From positions 533,034 to 597,033 of the forward strand of contig CAWAWO010000002.1 in the NCBI GenBank assembly GCA_963785835.1: a DNA stretch of 64,000 nt, written 5' to 3'. The DNA is from an uncultured Actinomycetes bacterium. Its GTDB lineage: Bacteria > Actinomycetota > UBA4738 > HRBIN12. Positions 59,905 to 64,000 of this stretch are shown here, piece after piece. Position 1 is the first letter of the stretch. Each line of letters opens with the position of its first letter. The position numbers and the translations under genes are program-made. The notes beneath the pieces were generated by a model, which was not told the origin of the DNA, did not search any database, and was given only the letters and a program-made list of their open reading frames with translations.

Positions 59905-61136
59905 GCGACCACACGCTGATCCGAGCGGGCCGGCTCGTCGACGTCGTGGCCGGGGAGGTTCGGCGGGCACAGGTCATCACGATCCGCGGCGAGCGGATCG
60001 AGGCCGTCGAACCCGACGAGGGGCGGTATCCCGACGCGGCCAGGGTGATCGACCTCTCGAACCACTCCGTGCTGCCGGGCCTGATCGACTGCCACGCGCA
60101 CCTGATCGGCGAGCTCGAGAGCGGCCACGGCTACGCGGAGCTCGTTCAGCGCAGCGGCGCGCAGGAGGCGCTCTCGGGCGTTCGGAACGCCCAGGACACG
60201 ATCCAGGCCGGGTTCACGACGGTCCGGGATGTCGGAACGTTCCGAGCCTTCGTCGACGTCGCCCTTCGGGACTCGATCGAGGCCGGCGACGTGCTCGGCC
60301 CGCGGATGGCGTGCGCCGGCGCATACGTGACGGTCTCCGGCGGTGGCGGCGACGTGACCGGTCTCGCGCCCGACATGGACGAGGTCGTCCCGCGCGAGCT
60401 CCGGTTCGGCGTCGCGAACTCGGCGGACGAGGTTCGGACCGTCGTTCGACGGATCCTGCAGGGCGGGGCCGACTTCATCAAGGTGATCGCCACCGGCGCC
60501 GTCCTCACCGAGGGGACGGTCCCCGCAGCCCCCGAGTTCAGCGAGGCGGAGATCCGCGCGGCCGTCGAGGAGGCCGCCCTCTACGACACCCATGTGGCCG
60601 CGCACGCGCACGGGGCCGAGGGCATCAAGCGTGCCGTCCGCGCGGGGGTCCGTTCGATCGAGCACGGGTCGCTGATGGACGACGAGGCGATCGCGCTCAT
60701 GGCCGACCGGGGCACGTACCTGGTCGCGGATATCTGGATGGGGGACTGGACGCTCGAACAGGGCGAACGTGACGGCTGGTCGCCGAACGTGATGCGGAAG
60801 CTGCGGGAGACGACCGATGTCCAGCGGGAGGGCTTCACCAAGGCCGTCCAGACCGGCGTGAAGATGGCGTTCGGAACCGACAGCGGCACGTACCCCCATG
60901 GGCTGAACGCGAGCCAGTTGCCCTACATGGTGAAGTTCGGCATGACGCCGATGCAGGCGATCCGGTCCGCCACCATCGTGGCGTCGGAGCTGATCGGATG
61001 GCGGGACCGGGTGGGCTCGCTCGAGCCCGGACGGTTCGCCGACGTGATCGCGGTCCAGGGCGACGTGATCGAGGACGTGGATCGACTGACCGACGTGTCG
61101 TTCGTGATGAAGGGCGGCAACGTCATCAAGGGCTAG
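59901..61136 (+). CDS. Amidohydrolase-family metal-dependent hydrolase
   Basis: 411 aa with the HxH metal site (GLIDCHAHLIG), …HVAAHAHGAEGI… and …AFGTDSG…. The GTG start overlaps the ALDH stop. Confidence 0.8.
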   Translation: MSDHTLIRAGRLVDVVAGEVRRAQVITIRGERIEAVEPDEGRYPDAARVIDLSNHSVLPGLIDCHAHLIGELESGHGYAELVQRSGAQEALSGVRNAQDTIQAGFTTVRDVGTFRAFVDVALRDSIEAGDVLGPRMACAGAYVTVSGGGGDVTGLAPDMDEVVPRELRFGVANSADEVRTVVRRILQGGADFIKVIATGAVLTEGTVPAAPEFSEAEIRAAVEEAALYDTHVAAHAHGAEGIKRAVRAGVRSIEHGSLMDDEAIALMADRGTYLVADIWMGDWTLEQGERDGWSPNVMRKLRETTDVQREGFTKAVQTGVKMAFGTDSGTYPHGLNASQLPYMVKFGMTPMQAIRSATIVASELIGWRDRVGSLEPGRFADVIAVQGDVIEDVDRLTDVSFVMKGGNVIKG

Positions 61137-61214
61137 CGGCGCGCTCGGTTTCCTCACCGCACGGTCCCGGAGTACGCTGTCGCGGCTGTTCGAACGGTCG
61201 GAAGGAGCGTCCCG

Positions 61215-61814
61215 ATGAAGACCTGTCCGTACTGCGCCGAGGAGATCCAGGACGCGGCGATCAAGTGCCGGTGGTGCGGGTCGTGGCTCGTGGACGAGAT
61301 CCCGGCGACCGCCGAGAGGCCGCCCAAGAAGGCCGAGCCGGCGAAGGCCGAAGCCGGTGCTGCGACGTCGGACGAGAAGGCCGAGAGCAAGGAAGCCGCA
61401 CCGCCCCAGGCCACGATGATGGCCCCTTCGCCCGCATCGGAGCCGGCGAAAGAAGAGACTCCGTCACCCGCCGCCGCGCCCGTCGCGGCCGCCGCCGCGG
61501 CGGCAACGCCGGCACCGGCGCCCCAGTCCGAACCCCCCGCTGCGACCCCTGCCGCGGCAGCAGGGGTCCAGGCAGCGCCTCCCGTCGGCGCTCAGCCCCC
61601 GGTGGCCGAGGCGAAGATCGAGTTCACCCACACGGGGTCCAGGTACCTGCTCGGGTACGCGCCCGATCACTTCGGGATCTGGGACCGGAACTCCCCGCAA
61701 CAGCCGGTCGAGAAGTTCCCGCGCAACGACGACGGATGGGCGGCGGCGTGGGCGCGCTACTCCTCGATCGAGTCGAACTGGATGGACCTGCGGACGGGAC
61801 AGAAGTCCGGCTAG
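61215..61814 (+). CDS. Zinc-ribbon protein with a Pro/Ala-rich linker and a conserved C-terminal domain, hypothetical
   Basis: MKTCPYCAEEIQDAAIKCRWCGSW gives a zinc ribbon, followed by about 100 aa of P/A/E-rich low-complexity sequence and the C-terminal …IEFTHTGSRYLLGYAPDHFGIWDRN…. Confidence 0.6.
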   Translation: MKTCPYCAEEIQDAAIKCRWCGSWLVDEIPATAERPPKKAEPAKAEAGAATSDEKAESKEAAPPQATMMAPSPASEPAKEETPSPAAAPVAAAAAAATPAPAPQSEPPAATPAAAAGVQAAPPVGAQPPVAEAKIEFTHTGSRYLLGYAPDHFGIWDRNSPQQPVEKFPRNDDGWAAAWARYSSIESNWMDLRTGQKSG

Positions 61815-61822
61815 GGATCTCG

Positions 61823-61893
61823 AGCGGGCGACGAGAATCGAACTCGCATCGCTAGCTTGGAAGGCTAGAGCTCTGCCATTGAGCTACGCCCGC
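61823..61893 (-). tRNA. tRNA-Gly (anticodon TCC)
   Basis: 71 nt: acceptor GCGGGCG/CGCCCGC, D-stem GCTC/GAGC, anticodon stem CTAGC/GCTAG with loop CTTCCAA, T-arm GCGAG-TTCGATT-CTCGT, discriminator T. Confidence 0.9.
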
Positions 61894-61916
61894 GCATCGC
61901 CTGAAGCCTAGCAACC

Positions 61917-62225
61917 TCAGGTGACCGCTCGTGCCAGGGCGGTCGTCGCGGCTGCGACGACCACGACGATCAGCAGCGGGGCCTTCAGCCGGATCGCGAC
62001 CGCTGCGGCGGCGACGCCGAGCACGCGTTCATCGAGGACGAGAGCCTGGTCGTCCTCGAACGTCTGGACGGCGATCAGCGCCCCGAGCAACGCCGGCGCC
62101 AGGAGCTCGATCACGCCGTTCAGCCGCGGGGGCAGCGGCCGGCCGCCGAGGAGCACAGGACCGGCCGCCTTGATCGCGATCGTTCCGGCTCCCACGAGAC
62201 CGACGACGACCCAGACGTCCGTCAT
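61917..62225 (-). CDS. azlD: AzlD-family branched-chain amino acid exporter small subunit
   Basis: About 100 aa with 3 TM helices. The ATG (MTDVWVVVGLVGAG...) is internal to ORF 61917..62468 and overlaps the azlC stop (ATGA). Confidence 0.7.
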   Translation of the reverse strand: MTDVWVVVGLVGAGTIAIKAAGPVLLGGRPLPPRLNGVIELLAPALLGALIAVQTFEDDQALVLDERVLGVAAAAVAIRLKAPLLIVVVVAAATTALARAVT

Positions 62226-62890
62226 CGCTTCAACCCGAGCAGACATGCCGCGCTCGCGGCCACGATCGGAACGCCTGCCGGCGCGAACGGCACGAGCACC
62301 AGCGCGATGCCGGCGCCCAGGAGGGCCGCGACCACGTGCCGACGGTCTCGGGTGATCGGGACGAGCAGGCCCAGGAACAGCGCGGCGAATGCCGCGTCGA
62401 GACCGAGCGCGGAGGGGTCGCCGAACGCTTCGCCCAGGATCGCGCCGACCGCGGTGCCCGCAACCCACGCCACGTACAGGACGAGGCCGGCGCCGATCAG
62501 CACGCCTCGGTTGAACCGACCCTCACCCTCCGCCGCGATCGCCCACGACTCGTCGACGACGAGCTGGGCGTGGAGGAACCTCGACCACGTGCTCCCGGTG
62601 AGCCACGGCGCGACCGAGATGCCGATCGGCCCGTAGCGCGTGTTCAGCAGGAGGGCTGCGGCGACCGCGGCGGCCACTGTTCCCCCGTCGCCGAGCACGG
62701 AGACGGCCGCGAACTGCGCCGAGCCGGCGAACGTCGTGGCCGACATCACGATCGCCTCGAGCCATCCGAAGCCCACGGTGCGCGCGATCACGCCGAACGA
62801 GATCGCGAACCCGAGCACGGCCACGACGAGCGGCGCCATGGCCTTGACCCCGTCGCGGAACGTGCGCTCGGCCATGACCCACGGTAGCAA
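62222..62890 (-). CDS. azlC: AzlC-family branched-chain amino acid exporter
   Basis: 222 aa polytopic protein with the AzlC pattern (…TFAGSAQFAAV…). Confidence 0.8.
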   Translation of the reverse strand: MLPWVMAERTFRDGVKAMAPLVVAVLGFAISFGVIARTVGFGWLEAIVMSATTFAGSAQFAAVSVLGDGGTVAAAVAAALLLNTRYGPIGISVAPWLTGSTWSRFLHAQLVVDESWAIAAEGEGRFNRGVLIGAGLVLYVAWVAGTAVGAILGEAFGDPSALGLDAAFAALFLGLLVPITRDRRHVVAALLGAGIALVLVPFAPAGVPIVAASAACLLGLKR

Positions 62891-62910
62891 CGAGCCGATA
62901 CAGTGCCGAC

Positions 62911-63765
62911 GTGCTGATCCCGTTCCGGATCGTCGACGTGTTCACGCCGCGTCCACTCGCCGGCAACCAGCTCTGCGTGGTCCCCGATATCGTCGACCTC
63001 GACACCGAGGGCATGCATGCGCTCGCCCAGGAGATCGGCTTCTCAGAGACCACCTTCGTGACCGAAGCGGCCGGCGACCGGTACGCGATGCGCATCTTCA
63101 CGCCGGGTTCCGAGCTGCCGTTCGCCGGGCACCCGACCCTCGGGACCGCGTTCGTGATGGTGAGCGAGGGTCGCGTGTCGACGCCGGCGACCCAGGTCGT
63201 GGCCGCCGGCGAGATCCCCGTCGAGGTCGATCTCGACGCCGCGTTCGCGTGGATGACCCAGCTGCCGGCAGAGTTCGGACGGCAGTTCGACGACCGCGAC
63301 CTGTTCGCTCGCGCGGCCGGGCTCGGAGTGGGAGATCTGGCCGAAGGACTTCCGATCCTTACGGTCTCGACGGGCCTGGTCATGACGATCGTTCCGATCC
63401 GCGACGTCGAGACGCTGCGGCGCGCCGTTCGGGACGAGTCGGTCACGCGCGAAGCGGTCACGAGCTCGAACGCGGACGCGCTCTACCTGTTCGCCGTGAC
63501 GGACGAGGGTGTGACCGCTCGGATGTTCGACGCGGAGTTCGGCATCGGCGAGGACCCGGCCACGGGCGGCGCCGCCGGTCCGCTCGGCGCCTACCTCGCC
63601 GAGCACGAACTGGCCGGCCTGCCGGGCTCGGTCCTGATCCGCCAGGGGGAGCAGGTCGGTCGTCCGAGCGAGCTCCACGTCCGGGTGGCGCGCGAGGGCG
63701 GCTCCTGGCGCGCTCGGGTGGGCGGCGGCGTCCACGTGGTCGGCCGCGGCGAGTTCGAGATCTGA
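62911..63765 (+). CDS. PhzF-family phenazine-biosynthesis-like isomerase
   Basis: 284 aa with the DAP-epimerase-like fold: MLIPFRIVDVFTPRPLAGNQLCVV..., …FSETTFV…, …PFAGHPTLGTA…, …EDPATGGAAGPLGAYL…. Confidence 0.85.
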   Translation: MLIPFRIVDVFTPRPLAGNQLCVVPDIVDLDTEGMHALAQEIGFSETTFVTEAAGDRYAMRIFTPGSELPFAGHPTLGTAFVMVSEGRVSTPATQVVAAGEIPVEVDLDAAFAWMTQLPAEFGRQFDDRDLFARAAGLGVGDLAEGLPILTVSTGLVMTIVPIRDVETLRRAVRDESVTREAVTSSNADALYLFAVTDEGVTARMFDAEFGIGEDPATGGAAGPLGAYLAEHELAGLPGSVLIRQGEQVGRPSELHVRVAREGGSWRARVGGGVHVVGRGEFEI

Positions 63766-63837
63766 TCCGGACTGCGCTCCGTCGGAGCCGTTCGCGTGCC
63801 TCGACGGACGGTGAGGCCCCTCGTAGGCTCTGTGCGT

Positions 63838-64000
63838 GCGCGTTCGCGTCGTCGTGCTCCTGGTGCTCATCGCGGGCGGACTCACCTGGGTGGGGACCCA
63901 GGCGCTGTCCGGCAACCTCGTGTACTACGTGACGCCGACCGAGCTGTTGGAGCAGCAACCGCCTCCGGGGGAGTCCTTGCGTCTCGGCGGGCAGGTGGTC
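63838..64000 (+). CDS. ccmE: Cytochrome c-type biogenesis protein CcmE (5' part; continues beyond the window)
   Basis: N-terminal TM anchor VVLLVLIAGGLTWVGTQ, then NLVYYVTPTELL, which is typical of the CcmE periplasmic domain start. Confidence 0.6.

Overview
High-GC (about 70%) actinobacterial-type chromosomal segment carrying roughly 65 genes, densely packed on both strands with many 4-nt start/stop overlaps. Content is mostly housekeeping and metabolic. It includes gatA and gatB (separated by an antisense DMT transporter), a serC-like aminotransferase with serA, ilvE, pepN, purE, and an hpaE-hpaD (homoprotocatechuate meta-cleavage) pair. There is a MacB-type ABC system (two ATPases plus a double-FtsX permease) with a downstream M23 peptidase, and an orphan Rieske ferredoxin plus ferredoxin reductase pair. 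Tandem MFS paralogs, two CrtI-family FAD oxidoreductase paralogs, a cytochrome P450 inside a mixed redox/amidase cluster, and a CopB-like P-type ATPase are also present. A tightly overlapped MetE-like/EamA/GATase1/PLP-decarboxylase operon precedes purE, followed by PhzF, AzlCD and the start of ccmE. Two VapBC toxin-antitoxin modules with clear operator palindromes and two tRNAs (Arg-TCT, Gly-TCC) were found. I found no rRNA, no CRISPR array, no intact integrase or transposase, and no classical HTH transcription factor gene. The most notable structures are (i) a roughly 1.6 kb lower-GC islet bounded by tRNA-Arg and a 33-bp copy of its 3' half, carrying two secreted-protein genes; (ii) a 109/111-bp imperfect direct repeat of the hpaD 3' end bracketing a decayed DUF1801 + UvrA-paralog insertion; and (iii) an unusually large number of single-base frame disruptions. 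The disruptions are single events in essential genes (gatA, serA, pepN, hpaE), which points to assembly indel errors, and are clustered in three genes (UvrA-like, TolB-like, DUF1801), which points to genuine pseudogenes. Coordinates I derived myself (tRNAs, repeats, internal starts) may be off by 1-2 nt; CDS ends follow the supplied ORF track.
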